This document shows, one piece after another, positions 42,852 to 52,304 of a stretch of 64,000 bases of DNA. Positions within the stretch are counted from its first letter, which is position 1. Each line of letters starts with the position of its first letter. Made by a program: the position numbers and the translations under genes. Source of the stretch: a bacterium (lineage in GTDB: Bacteria; Zhuqueibacterota; Zhuqueibacteria; Residuimicrobiales; Residuimicrobiaceae); contig DAOQAG010000009.1 in assembly GCA_035353815.1 (NCBI GenBank), positions 29,691 to 93,690 of the forward strand, given 5' to 3'. The notes under the pieces were generated by a model. It was not told where the DNA came from. It ran no database searches and saw nothing but the letters and a program-made list of their open reading frames with translations.

Positions 42852-44223
42852 TCTTGATGTTTCTAAAAAAGACCTGGCAGCCATGGTCCTGGAGCAGGAT
42901 GTGGCCTTCCGCCGCTTCACCAAAGTTCGGCCAGATGGCATATTTGCTGCGGGCGACCAGGGCGCGCCACATCTGGGTGCCGCGCTGATATTCGACCTGC
43001 TTGATGCCGTTGAGATAGTGGCACACCTTCTGGCCGCGGACCACGATCCGGGCCCGGTTCCAGTCGTATTTGTTGACGCGCTTGGCGGTATTTTCGTCGG
43101 GGGCATAGAGCCGAGCCTCGGCCGGGATCAGATCGTAGAGCGAAGCGAGAGTCCGGTTGCCGGCGGTACCCAGTTTGGCATCGGGATGGAGATCATCGTC
43201 CAGGATCTGGAACTCGCAGCCGATGGCCGATCCCGCGCCCTTGTTGGTCTGGGTATCGACGAAATACTTGATGCCGCTGTTGGCCCCGGCCGTCATCCGG
43301 AAATCGGCCTCGAGCTCAAAATCGGCATATTGCTTCACCGTGACGATATCGCCGCCGTTGCGCGCCTCTTCGCCGCCGCTTTCGGCTACTATGAGCATGC
43401 CGTTCTCGATGCTCCAACCGCCTTCCGGGAAGCGGTCAAGCTTGGCGCCCCGCCAGCCGGCCGTGGTCTTGCCATCCCAAAGCAGCTGCCAGCCCTCGGC
43501 GATCTCGCGCGGTGTGAGCTGGTTGGTGAGATAACTGCTCTGCGGAATGGCGTTGGTGACCGGCGTACGCAGCGCGGCCAGATTCTCCGTCAGGATGCGA
43601 AGGTTGCGCCAGGCGATGGTCTTGCCCGCCAGGCTCGAATCGTTGCCGATGCTATGCACCTGGAGGGCGATGAAGCCGGCGGGCGTCAGGTCATCGACGA
43701 TATCGGCGGTGGGAAAGCCGTTGAGCCAGACGCGGATCGAGGTGCCAACCGCTTCGACACGAAACTGGTTCCATTCCCCTGGCTTGAAGGCCGCCTTGGC
43801 GGCGGGATTGCATTCGAGGTTGTAAAGCCAGCCGCGACGGGCTTCATCATAGAGGCCGCCGCTCCAGGCACGCGGCGAGGGATCGAGCTCGACCTGGAGA
43901 CCATGGACGCGGCCCTTTTGCACCTCCGGCAGGCTCAGACTGCGAATCTGCACCCCGGAGTTCAGTCCGGCATCGATACGGCATTCATACTCGAGAATGA
44001 AATCACCATAGAGGGTGCGGGTGGCCAGAAAGGTGTTGGGGGTATTCAGTTTGCTGATGCCGACAATGGCGCCATCGCGCACCACAAATGGCGCATCGCC
44101 ATTGAGCACCCGCCACTCCTTCAGGTTCTTGCCATTGAACAGGTTCACCCAGAGATCTTTCCCCGCCGCAGCGGAGGCCAGCGCAAGAAGAGACATGGCT
44201 ATCACCCAAAATTTGCTTCTCAT
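42835..44223 (-). CDS. secreted protein with two tandem DUF1080 (3-keto-disaccharide hydrolase-like, concanavalin-fold) domains
   Basis: Signal peptide [21 protein letters not shown]. The DUF1080 pattern occurs twice. First: [22 protein letters not shown]...[24 protein letters not shown]...IALQVH. Second: [24 protein letters not shown]...[23 protein letters not shown]...[20 protein letters not shown]. Confidence 0.85.
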   Translation of the reverse strand: MRSKFWVIAMSLLALASAAAGKDLWVNLFNGKNLKEWRVLNGDAPFVVRDGAIVGISKLNTPNTFLATRTLYGDFILEYECRIDAGLNSGVQIRSLSLPEVQKGRVHGLQVELDPSPRAWSGGLYDEARRGWLYNLECNPAAKAAFKPGEWNQFRVEAVGTSIRVWLNGFPTADIVDDLTPAGFIALQVHSIGNDSSLAGKTIAWRNLRILTENLAALRTPVTNAIPQSSYLTNQLTPREIAEGWQLLWDGKTTAGWRGAKLDRFPEGGWSIENGMLIVAESGGEEARNGGDIVTVKQYADFELEADFRMTAGANSGIKYFVDTQTNKGAGSAIGCEFQILDDDLHPDAKLGTAGNRTLASLYDLIPAEARLYAPDENTAKRVNKYDWNRARIVVRGQKVCHYLNGIKQVEYQRGTQMWRALVARSKYAIWPNFGEAAEGHILLQDHGCQVFFRNIKIKELD

Positions 44224-44271
44224 TATCTGCCCTTTTCCATTAAGTGGTTCATACGCTCCCCGGCCGGTTGA

Positions 44272-45594
44272 TCAATCGATCGACAGCTCCCACCCCTTGG
44301 CATACTCGCGTTTGCACAAGCCCCGCGCCTTTTTATTGCCGCGGACCTGCCCGGTCGCCGGATCGAGATCGAGGGTCTCGTTCAGTTTCCAGGCGATATT
44401 CGCGAGCTGCAGGATCGTCACGCTCTTGTTGCCCTCAGCGATCGGTGAATTCAGCGGCGTCCCCTTGCGGATGGCGTCGATGAAATTACGAAAATGGATG
44501 TTGGTCAGTTCATCACGGCTGAGCAGGTCCTGAGAAGTGCTGGCCGTCGGCAGCCGAAATTGCTCGAGCAGCGTGTCATTGTGCGAATAGACCTCGTAGC
44601 TGTCGCGGTCCAGCACCACCGTGCCCTCGGTGCCATGGATCGCTGCACCACGGTCACGATTGTAATACTTCTTGCCCTGGCAGCTCAGGCCCTCCCAGGT
44701 GATCATGGCGTCGGGATATTCAAAGCTGGTGACGAGGGTATCATAAAATTCCCAGTCGTCCTTAAAATGGTAGCGGCCGCCGCTGGCGGTGACGCGCAGG
44801 GGGAGATCGACCCCCAGAGCCCAGCGGCAGATATCCACCTCATGGGTGCCGTTGTTGAGGGTTTCGCCGGTGCCCCATTGCCAGAACCAGTGCCAGTTGT
44901 AGGGGTGAATATTGTCCTTGTACGGCCGCCGCGGCGCCGGCCCCTGCCACAACTCCCAATTCAGAGAGGCGGGTACCGGCACCACCTTGCCAACGCCGAT
45001 CGATTTGCGGACATTGCTGTACCAGGCCTTGCCAAAATAGGGCCGGCCGATCAGACCCGCATGGATCCTGGCGATGATCTCCTGGCTGTGCGCCGAGGAA
45101 CGCTGCTGGTTGCCCATCTGCACCAGCTTGCCGTATTTCTTCTGCGCCGCGACAAGGAGCTCGCCTTCATGGGGATTATGGCTGCAGGGCTTTTCGACAT
45201 AAACATGTTTCCCGGCTTGCAGTCCCATGATGGCCATCGGGGCGTGCCAGTGCTCCGGGGTGGCGATGGTGATGGCATCGACATCGCGGGACTCGAGGAT
45301 ACGGCGAAAGTCCTCGACCCGGGCGGGGGCGGCGCCAGTGGCTTGCTCCGCCGCCGCGGCGAATTTATCCAGCTCCACGGCGTCGACATCGCAGACATGG
45401 GTGACCGCGGCGTTGTCGCCGAAGCGCACGCCGTCGAGATGGGCATAGGCCCGGCCGTGCAGCCCGATGATGGCAAAATTAAGGCGGTCGTTGGCCCCGA
45501 TGATCCGGCTGTAGCTTTTAGCGCTCGCTCCGAAGGCCAGGCCGGCAGCCCCCATGGCGGAAAGCTTGAGGAAATCCCTGCGTGACTGTTCCAT
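44272..45594 (-). CDS. Tat-exported Gfo/Idh/MocA-family oxidoreductase (second, divergent copy)
   Basis: Twin-arginine signal MEQSRRDFLKLSAMGAAGLAFGASA. Rossmann motif FAIIGLHGRAYAH. EKPCSHN motif. ATG at 45594 with GAGG upstream. Confidence 0.87.
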   Translation of the reverse strand: MEQSRRDFLKLSAMGAAGLAFGASAKSYSRIIGANDRLNFAIIGLHGRAYAHLDGVRFGDNAAVTHVCDVDAVELDKFAAAAEQATGAAPARVEDFRRILESRDVDAITIATPEHWHAPMAIMGLQAGKHVYVEKPCSHNPHEGELLVAAQKKYGKLVQMGNQQRSSAHSQEIIARIHAGLIGRPYFGKAWYSNVRKSIGVGKVVPVPASLNWELWQGPAPRRPYKDNIHPYNWHWFWQWGTGETLNNGTHEVDICRWALGVDLPLRVTASGGRYHFKDDWEFYDTLVTSFEYPDAMITWEGLSCQGKKYYNRDRGAAIHGTEGTVVLDRDSYEVYSHNDTLLEQFRLPTASTSQDLLSRDELTNIHFRNFIDAIRKGTPLNSPIAEGNKSVTILQLANIAWKLNETLDLDPATGQVRGNKKARGLCKREYAKGWELSID

Positions 45595-45714
45595 GCTGAC
45601 GAACCTCTATGTTTGATCCATGGCGGTGTTGTGATCCTGGAACGCGGCGAAGCGGATGCCGGGATGCGGCGGCCCGTCACAATCCAGATGCTGGAATCCG
45701 CTGATGACGCCCGC

Positions 45715-48462
45715 TCAGGGCCGCGGCCAATCCCACTCCAGCTGATACGTTCCCGATCCCAGGGTGACCCGGACAACGCCCTCCTGCTCTTCCGCCGAGA
45801 GCACCCCCTCGGCCGTGCGCAGAGGACGGCGGCCCTCGGTAACGGCTGCCAGTACAGCGCGCGGCAGTGTCGCCAGGGCGGTGGTATTGGGCGGCACGCT
45901 CAGGGAGAGGTGCATCCGTCCCTGGCTGATCTCCCAGCCGCAGGCCACCGTTCCATAAAGCGAGTTGAGTTCGGCGCGGGCATGCGTCAATCCGCCGCCC
46001 GGATGGGGCTGGAAGAGAATATGCTTGTATCCCGGCTGCGCCGGATCGATCTCAATGCCGGCGACCCACCGGTAGAGCCAGTCGCCGATGGCGCCATAGG
46101 CGTAGTGATTGAAGGAATTCATGCCGGGATCCTGGAAGGAGCCGTTCCGCTTGATGCCATCCCAGCGCTCCCAGATGGTGGTGGCGCCGCGGGTGACCGG
46201 ATAGAGCCAGGAGGGGTACTCCTTGCGATTGAGGAGCATAAAGGCTTCATCCGGATAGCCGAAATCGCTGAGGACGGGACAGATCAGCGGCGCGCCGACA
46301 AAGCCGGTGGTGATGTGGCCGAAGCGGCGTACATCCTCCGCCAGCCGTCTGGCCGCGGCCGGCCGCTGCTCCGGCGGCAGGAGATCGAAGGCCAGGGCGA
46401 GGCAGTACGCGGTCTGGGTATTGGAGGCCAGCCGGCCGTTGGCGGTGACGAATTCCCGGTTAAAGGCCGCGGTGGCCTTCTCCCTGATCCGGGCCAGGGT
46501 TTCAGCTTCCTCTACCTTGCCCAGCAGCCGGGCGGCGCGCTCGGTCACTGCCGTAGAACGGATGAAATAGGCCTGGCAGACGAGATCCTTGTCGGTGGTG
46601 GCGCCGGGATAATCGGAGCGGGTCGTGGCGAAGGCGAGCCAGTCGCCAAAGGTGTAATCGCGGTTCCAGAGATAGCTCTCCCCGGCGCGCGCTGTCATAT
46701 AATCGACCCAGGCCCTCATGCTGGGATATTGCTGTTCGAGGATATGCAGATCGCCGTAACAGAGATAGACGGTCCAGGGGACGATGACCGCGGCGTCGGC
46801 CCAGGCTGCGGCGGCCACATTGGCGGTGGGATTCTGCTTGTCGAGGACATTGGGGATCACATGGGGAACCGCGCCGCTGGGCTTTTGGTCCAGCGCCAGA
46901 TCCTGGAGCCATTTGGTGTAGAACGCGGCGATCTCGCCGTTGAAGCAGGCGGTGCGGGCGAAGACCTGGGCATCGCCGGTCCAGCCGAGGCGCTCATTGC
47001 GCTGCGGGCAATCGGTGGGCACATCGACGAAATTGCCCTTCTGGCTCCACTGGATGTTATGCTGCAGTTGGTTGATCAGGGAATCCGAACAGGTAAAGTT
47101 GCCGGCAGGGGCATAATCGGAATGGATGACTATGCCGGTCACCATGTCGGGGCGCAATTCTCCGGGGCAGCCCTCGACGTGGAGATAACGAAAGCCGTGG
47201 AAGGTGAAGCGTGGTTCCCAGATCTCTTCACCGCGGCCGTTGAGGATGTATTCATCGCGCTGCTGGGCATCGCGCAGATTGTCGAGATAGACATTGCCGG
47301 CCTGGTCGAGCACCTCAAAATGGGTCAAGCGGATGCGCTGGCCGCTGGCGCCGGTGGTTTTAAGGCGCACCCAGCCGGTAAAGATTTGGCCAAAATCGGC
47401 GACGACCTCCCCCTTGGGGGTGGTGAAGATGCGCTGGGGGCGGATTTCGCCGATACGGCGCACCGGCAACCCCGCCGGCGCGACCAGGTGGACCGTGGCG
47501 GCGGGCAGAACCCGGACTCCGGACCACCCGGTATCGTCATACCCGGGCGAACTCCATCCCTTCTTTTCCAGCCGGCTGTCATAGCGCTCGCCGTTATAAA
47601 TGTCCGAGGCGAGCAAGGGCCCGGTCGAAGAGCGCCATTTGTCGTCGGTGGTGATCCATTCGCTGCTGCCATCCGCATAGAGGACATGGATCTGCGCCAG
47701 CAGGGCCAGGGTCTTGCCATAGGTATTGCGCTGCCCGTTGAAGGCCAGGTTGCCGCGGTACCAGCCATCGCCGAGGAGGACGCCGGCGGCATTGGCGCCG
47801 GGCTTGAGCATGGCCGTCACGTCCCAGGTCTGATACTGCAGGCGGTGATCGAAGGAGGTCCACCCCGGCGTGAGGACCTGGTCGCCGACCTTGGCGCCAT
47901 TCAGTTCCAGTTCGTAGAGCCCACGGCTGGTCACATAGGCGCGCGCGGCCACAATGCCATTTTTAAGGAGGAATGCACGGCGGAGCATGGGACAGGGCAT
48001 CGATTGGGTGGAATCCTCGGCCAGATCAGGCTCGATCCAGGCGGCCTTCCAGTCCGATGGCTCCAGTACTCCCATCTCCCAGCAGGCGACGCTGCTCCAG
48101 GGGGATGGCCGGCCCTTCTGGTCCCAAATGCGGACCTGCCAGCAGCAGCGTATCCCCGAGGTCAGGGGCGCACCGGCATAGGGAATGTGGATCGAGGCCG
48201 CCGTGGATACTTTGCCGGAATCCCAGAGCAGCGGCGCGCCTTTTTTCAGGGCAGCAGGATCCGCGGCGACCCGGATTTGATAGGCGCTTTGCAGCGTGCC
48301 GCGGCCGGCTGCGGCTATTTTCCAGCTCAGACGCGGCTGCCGGATATCCAGACCGATAGGATCGGTCTTGTATTCGGTCCGCAGGTCGGTCACCGTCACC
48401 GCAGCTCGGGCCAAGAGCGGCACTACCGCGAGAAGCAGCCATAGCAGGGGGATATTCTTCAT
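45715..48462 (-). CDS. GH78 alpha-L-rhamnosidase
   Basis: ATG at 48462 with GGAG 8 nt upstream. Signal peptide MKNIPLLWLLLAVVPLLARA. Typical bacterial rhamnosidase N-terminus (VTDLRTEYKTDPIGLDIRQPRLSWK...SAYQIRVA) and (alpha/alpha)6 region (DCPQRNERLGWTGDAQVF). Confidence 0.9.
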   Translation of the reverse strand: MKNIPLLWLLLAVVPLLARAAVTVTDLRTEYKTDPIGLDIRQPRLSWKIAAAGRGTLQSAYQIRVAADPAALKKGAPLLWDSGKVSTAASIHIPYAGAPLTSGIRCCWQVRIWDQKGRPSPWSSVACWEMGVLEPSDWKAAWIEPDLAEDSTQSMPCPMLRRAFLLKNGIVAARAYVTSRGLYELELNGAKVGDQVLTPGWTSFDHRLQYQTWDVTAMLKPGANAAGVLLGDGWYRGNLAFNGQRNTYGKTLALLAQIHVLYADGSSEWITTDDKWRSSTGPLLASDIYNGERYDSRLEKKGWSSPGYDDTGWSGVRVLPAATVHLVAPAGLPVRRIGEIRPQRIFTTPKGEVVADFGQIFTGWVRLKTTGASGQRIRLTHFEVLDQAGNVYLDNLRDAQQRDEYILNGRGEEIWEPRFTFHGFRYLHVEGCPGELRPDMVTGIVIHSDYAPAGNFTCSDSLINQLQHNIQWSQKGNFVDVPTDCPQRNERLGWTGDAQVFARTACFNGEIAAFYTKWLQDLALDQKPSGAVPHVIPNVLDKQNPTANVAAAAWADAAVIVPWTVYLCYGDLHILEQQYPSMRAWVDYMTARAGESYLWNRDYTFGDWLAFATTRSDYPGATTDKDLVCQAYFIRSTAVTERAARLLGKVEEAETLARIREKATAAFNREFVTANGRLASNTQTAYCLALAFDLLPPEQRPAAARRLAEDVRRFGHITTGFVGAPLICPVLSDFGYPDEAFMLLNRKEYPSWLYPVTRGATTIWERWDGIKRNGSFQDPGMNSFNHYAYGAIGDWLYRWVAGIEIDPAQPGYKHILFQPHPGGGLTHARAELNSLYGTVACGWEISQGRMHLSLSVPPNTTALATLPRAVLAAVTEGRRPLRTAEGVLSAEEQEGVVRVTLGSGTYQLEWDWPRP

Positions 48463-48541
48463 CGCCAACTCCATTCTGGGGGAAAATCGTTTACACGTGG
48501 GGCAAACAGGCAGCATTCAGGGCAAAATGGTCTAATTGGGT

Positions 48542-48570
48542 AGTATACTAAAAGTTATGATTCAAGGCAA
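48542..48570 (-). promoter_or_regulatory. candidate sigma70-type promoter for the GH78 gene
   Basis: Minus strand reads TTGCCT - 17 nt - TATACT (plus-strand AGGCAA 48565-48570, AGTATA 48542-48547). It lies in an AT-rich gap directly after a strong hairpin. Confidence 0.4.
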
Positions 48571-48611
48571 GAATAATTCTCGCGCAGGCCCTGATTCAAC
48601 CGGAATAATTT

Positions 48612-48648
48612 AGCGCCGCGCCTCCCGGCAGCCGGGAGGCGCGGCGCT
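48612..48648 (-). terminator. strong GC hairpin, probable terminator of the 584-aa gene
   Basis: GCGCCGCGCCTCCCGG (48613-48628) and CCGGGAGGCGCGGCGC (48632-48647) are perfect 16-nt inverted repeats, 9 nt after the stop at 48657. The minus-strand tail AAAUUAUUCC is only a weak U tract. Confidence 0.55.
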
Positions 48649-48656
48649 GCCGCCGG

Positions 48657-50411
48657 TCACGGCCCGGAATAGATCCAGTTGAAGCGTCCGCCGGGGGCGG
48701 CATCCCCGTTGATGTACCAGTCGAGGGGATCCGAGGTATCCTGCATGTTGTCCGACCACTTGAATTCCAGATCCAGCGCCTCCGCAAACCCGGCGATGGC
48801 GCTGCGCGGCACGGTGATCATCAGTTTATCGCCCCGAAGGGCATAGGGCACCAGCTGCTGATCCTGCCACAGGCCGCTGGCGAAGCGCTGCAGCCGCTCA
48901 CCACCGGTGACGCGATAGTCATACCCCTTCCATCCCGTGGTGCCGTTCCGGTCCGCGTCGATGTAGAGGCACATCCAGCCTTCGCCGGTGTTCGGCGTGA
49001 TATCCGAGACCGTTTGCGCGAAGAAAAAGAGCTGCTCCTGGTCACGGGCGATTTTCATCAGATGCAGGTCGTTTCTTCCGGTGGTGTTGGTATACACGGT
49101 GACCGGCCTGGATTGCGCGCCCCGCCAGTTTCTCGGCTGCGTATCCCCGGTGTAATCCCGGTATACCGGGGCAACATCGTCCCAATCCGCCCACTCCCGG
49201 ATGGTCTTGCGCGCTCCGGGCCGGGGATTGGCCTCGATCCCCTTGAAGCGTCTGATATTCTGGACCAGTTGCATATAATAGTTATCCTTCAGGCCGGCGG
49301 TCCGCGTCGGTTCGATATCGCGGCTGTATTCCGGGCTCGCCTGATCGCAAAACCAGGAGTGCTCCGGATTGCCGTCCTTGCTGGTCCAGCGGCCGGCGGT
49401 CCATTCATTCCACCCCGTCACAAAAACAAATTCCGGATCTTCCCTGAGCGCAACTTCCCACTGCTCCTGAAAGTTGTAGCCATAGGGGAGATCGGTCTCC
49501 GGATTCCCCGCCTGGCCGTTGTGATAGCTTCGCCCCCAATTGTCCTTGTTGCCATAAAAGGCCGAGCCGCCCATGCCCGCTTTCGGGTTCGGATGCTGCG
49601 CGACAGAGACGTTGATGATCTCCTTTTCGCCATGATAGTTGAAATGCGCGCGCTGCGGCCGGGTGAATTCGATCCACGGCCAGCTGTTGGTCTTGTATTT
49701 TTCATTCGGCCATTGCGATTCCCGCCAGGTGAAACTCTCCTCGCAGTCAAAGCCGACCGCTTCGGGGACCAGACCGATGATGAGGGGCAAGCCATCGAGT
49801 TTGAACCAGCACTGCGGATGATAGTATCTGGCACCCTCCATATAGAAATATTCATAGGCCTCTTCCATACGCACGCCCGAGTCGGTATGGGTGTAAAAAA
49901 CGATTTTGGGGGGATTCTTGCCCTGGGCGCGGACCGCATCCATAGCCCGCATCAACAGATCGGCCCTCTCGGGGTAGACCGAGCCGTTGGTCGCATCGAT
50001 CACCAGAATATCGACACCGGCATCCGTCAGCAGCTGCACGCTGCGTAGCGTGACCCAGTAATCGTCGGCGCGGTAATAGCCATAGACGGGCTCCCCCCAG
50101 TAGTACGCCGGGCAGGGTCCGCCGGGATAATAGACCGGCGTTCCCCAATACGGATGGTCATAATCCTCAAGCACCTCCGGGTGCTGCGGGACGATCTGGC
50201 TCAGATCCCAATACTCCTCCGCCGTCCCGTCGCCATGGGTGAGAAAATAGAACAGGGCGACCTGTTTGCCCGCGCGGGGATTACCCACCGCATCGTTCTG
50301 CGACAAGGTCCGGCCCAGATCGTCCGTGCCCGCCAGGGGCTGGGCATACAGCCCTGGGCTGCCGGACAATGCGAGCAACAGCAGCAGGATCATGCTCGTC
50401 AACTGTTTCAA
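48657..50411 (-). CDS. secreted putative glycoside hydrolase (TIM-barrel 'GH-like' N-domain + C-terminal beta-sandwich), family unresolved
   Basis: The start is probably TTG at 50409-50411, with GGGAGG 6 nt upstream; the first ATG is 6 codons later and 24 nt from the SD. Signal peptide (M)KQLTSMILLLLLALSGSPGLYAQ. Motifs LFYFLTHG, YYRADDYWV, LLTDAGVDILVIDATNG, FVTGWNEWTAG. Confidence 0.7.
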   Translation of the reverse strand: MKQLTSMILLLLLALSGSPGLYAQPLAGTDDLGRTLSQNDAVGNPRAGKQVALFYFLTHGDGTAEEYWDLSQIVPQHPEVLEDYDHPYWGTPVYYPGGPCPAYYWGEPVYGYYRADDYWVTLRSVQLLTDAGVDILVIDATNGSVYPERADLLMRAMDAVRAQGKNPPKIVFYTHTDSGVRMEEAYEYFYMEGARYYHPQCWFKLDGLPLIIGLVPEAVGFDCEESFTWRESQWPNEKYKTNSWPWIEFTRPQRAHFNYHGEKEIINVSVAQHPNPKAGMGGSAFYGNKDNWGRSYHNGQAGNPETDLPYGYNFQEQWEVALREDPEFVFVTGWNEWTAGRWTSKDGNPEHSWFCDQASPEYSRDIEPTRTAGLKDNYYMQLVQNIRRFKGIEANPRPGARKTIREWADWDDVAPVYRDYTGDTQPRNWRGAQSRPVTVYTNTTGRNDLHLMKIARDQEQLFFFAQTVSDITPNTGEGWMCLYIDADRNGTTGWKGYDYRVTGGERLQRFASGLWQDQQLVPYALRGDKLMITVPRSAIAGFAEALDLEFKWSDNMQDTSDPLDWYINGDAAPGGRFNWIYSGP

Positions 50412-50453
50412 ATGGTACCTCCCTGAGAGTAGGCCTCTTGAGTTCTGCGGCAG

Positions 50454-51872
50454 CTAATCGACGGTGATGGCGGATGTATTGATCTGCCGGATCAGGGGTT
50501 CCTCCCCCTGCGGCGGGTCTGCTTTAAGATGGTGGATGCGCACATCGTGGGCATCCTCGAGGAAAATCGCCGAACGCATGTCCGGCTGCAGCAATTCGAA
50601 CTGAACATTATCCAGCACGATATTCCGGGCATGACGGATATACAGCCCATACCCGGGCAGACTGTCGCCGAACATCCTGTTTTCCGGATAGCCCTTTTCA
50701 TTCTCGATGACGTCACGCGTGGCCTGTTCGAGATTGCCGCCGCCGGTGACGGAGACCATGAAATCCCTGAGGGTGACATTTTCGACAAAGGCGCCCGGAA
50801 CCGCCGTGATCGAACTGGAAATCTGGCTGCAGCTTTTCGCGGCCACATTGCTGATGAGGATGTTTTTCAACGCACCGACGGGAGGCGTGCGCTTGCCCAC
50901 CTTGATGAAGAGGGGCGTCTGCACGCCATCCATGGTGATGTTGGTGATCGTGACGCGCTCCATCACGCCGCCGTCGACGATCTCGAGCGCAATTCCGGCG
51001 ATTCCGGTGATCGGATCGGTGACGCCAATGATCCTTTTGTCCCAGTTGGTGAGATGGTCATCCAAGGCCGTTCCCATGGTGATGTTGCTGATCGCGATAT
51101 TCCTGAAACCGGTGCGGCTGGCGGTGCCGAATTTGATAAAATTGCGGTTGGTCCGCAAAACGCAGTTGGTTACGACCACATTTTCACAAAAAGAGTCGCC
51201 ATCGCTCTTGAGGCAGATAGCGTCGTCATCGCACTGGATGTTGCAGTCGGATACGATGATATCCTTGCCGTCGATATCGATCCCGTCATTATTATAATTG
51301 GTCAGGGAATGGATCCGTAGGCCCTGCACCCGGACGCTTTCGCTGGCCAGCAGCCGGAGTGTCCAGCGCGCCGCGTTGATCAGGTTCACATCCCGGATGC
51401 GGATGTTCCGGCTGTTCTGCACCAGTACCACGAAGGGACGGCCCGGAGCTTCGTTTTTAACGGTGAACCGGTCGCCTCGGCCATCCAGGGTGCCTTCTCC
51501 TGTCAGAGAGGCGTTGTTCACCCGGTACATGGCCAGCAGACACTGCGCATGTGGCCCCGCTGCGGGAAAGTCTTTCTGGTCGATGCTCGACTGGAGCACG
51601 GCGCCCTTCTCCAGATTGAGGGTCACATCGTCCCTCATCTCCAGCATACCGGTGACGAAGGTGCCTTGCGGCACGGTGACCGTCCCGCCGCCCGCCGTGC
51701 TGCAGTGATCGATGGTCTTCTGGATCGCCCGGGTATTGAGGGTTCGGCCGTCGCCTTTGGCGCCATAGCGGAGAACATCGTAATCCCGGGCGCAAGCGGT
51801 TAGTGGCACCAGCCCCCTTGCCGCGAGGAGAATCCCCAGTACGGCGGCTGCTCTTTGCACACTGTTCATCAT
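50454..51872 (-). CDS. GH28-family glycoside hydrolase (second copy)
   Basis: ATG at 51872 with AGGAG upstream. Signal peptide. YGAKGDG, NYNNDGIDIDG, CDDDAICLKS, IKFGTAS. Confidence 0.82.
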   Translation of the reverse strand: MMNSVQRAAAVLGILLAARGLVPLTACARDYDVLRYGAKGDGRTLNTRAIQKTIDHCSTAGGGTVTVPQGTFVTGMLEMRDDVTLNLEKGAVLQSSIDQKDFPAAGPHAQCLLAMYRVNNASLTGEGTLDGRGDRFTVKNEAPGRPFVVLVQNSRNIRIRDVNLINAARWTLRLLASESVRVQGLRIHSLTNYNNDGIDIDGKDIIVSDCNIQCDDDAICLKSDGDSFCENVVVTNCVLRTNRNFIKFGTASRTGFRNIAISNITMGTALDDHLTNWDKRIIGVTDPITGIAGIALEIVDGGVMERVTITNITMDGVQTPLFIKVGKRTPPVGALKNILISNVAAKSCSQISSSITAVPGAFVENVTLRDFMVSVTGGGNLEQATRDVIENEKGYPENRMFGDSLPGYGLYIRHARNIVLDNVQFELLQPDMRSAIFLEDAHDVRIHHLKADPPQGEEPLIRQINTSAITVD

Positions 51873-52039
51873 CTTACGTTGCTCCTGTCTCGATAACTAT
51901 CATGATTCTGTAGCCATGACGTGCAGTTCATCCGGTGAAGCGGGGAAGAATGCGGCGGTTTGCAGGAAAACATCACGCTCGTTGAAATCTGGATAACTTC
52001 GCCAATCGTGGAAACAAAATCAAGCAAATATTGCAGCCA

Positions 52040-52210
52040 GGCCCGCGGATCGGTCCGGAGCGGGCACAAAACCAGGCCCATACAGGATCTCCGCCTGGCC
52101 AAAAGCCGGCCGAGACGGGCCTGAGCTCGCGCGGAGACCGGCCCGCAAAGGATCTCCGCCAGGCTACAACTCAATCAGCGGCCCGAAACGGGCCTGCGCG
52201 CGCACAAAGG
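52040..52210. repeat. about 65-bp imperfect tandem repeats (2 full + 1 shortened unit) in the divergent GH28 / PfkB control region
   Basis: GGCCCATACAGGATCTCCGCCTGGCC... begins at 52075 and GGCCCGCAAAGGATCTCCGCCAGGCT... at 52140. Both contain ...GACGGGCCTG(A)GC(TC)GCGCG. A shortened unit (GGCCCGCGGATCGGTCCGG...GCACAAAACCA) lies at 52040-52074. Confidence 0.7.
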
Positions 52211-52212
52211 AC

Positions 52213-52241
52213 TTGACCTGCACCCAATAATACGCTATTTT
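52213..52241 (+). promoter_or_regulatory. candidate sigma70-type promoter for the PfkB/GH140-like operon
   Basis: TTGACC (52213-52218) - 17 nt - TATTTT (52236-52241), about 60 nt upstream of the ATG at 52305. It directly abuts the last tandem repeat unit. Confidence 0.45.
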
Positions 52242-52304
52242 AGGCACGCTAATGATACAAGGAAATCCTTATTTTCCGCTCCCCCTATCCCCAAGGATGC
52301 TGTG

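Noticed and set aside
45613-48444. 943-aa plus-strand ORF antisense to GH78 (also 42883..44271, 44494..45585, 49014..50048, 50529..51320)
   Set aside because: These are shadow ORFs. The opposite frames carry signal or Tat peptides and family motifs.
51869-52216. Short ORFs in the GH28 / PfkB intergenic region (101 aa on the minus strand, 61 aa on the plus strand)
   Set aside because: They are Arg/Pro/Ala-rich translations of the tandem-repeat DNA with no RBS. The region is better explained as a regulatory repeat array.
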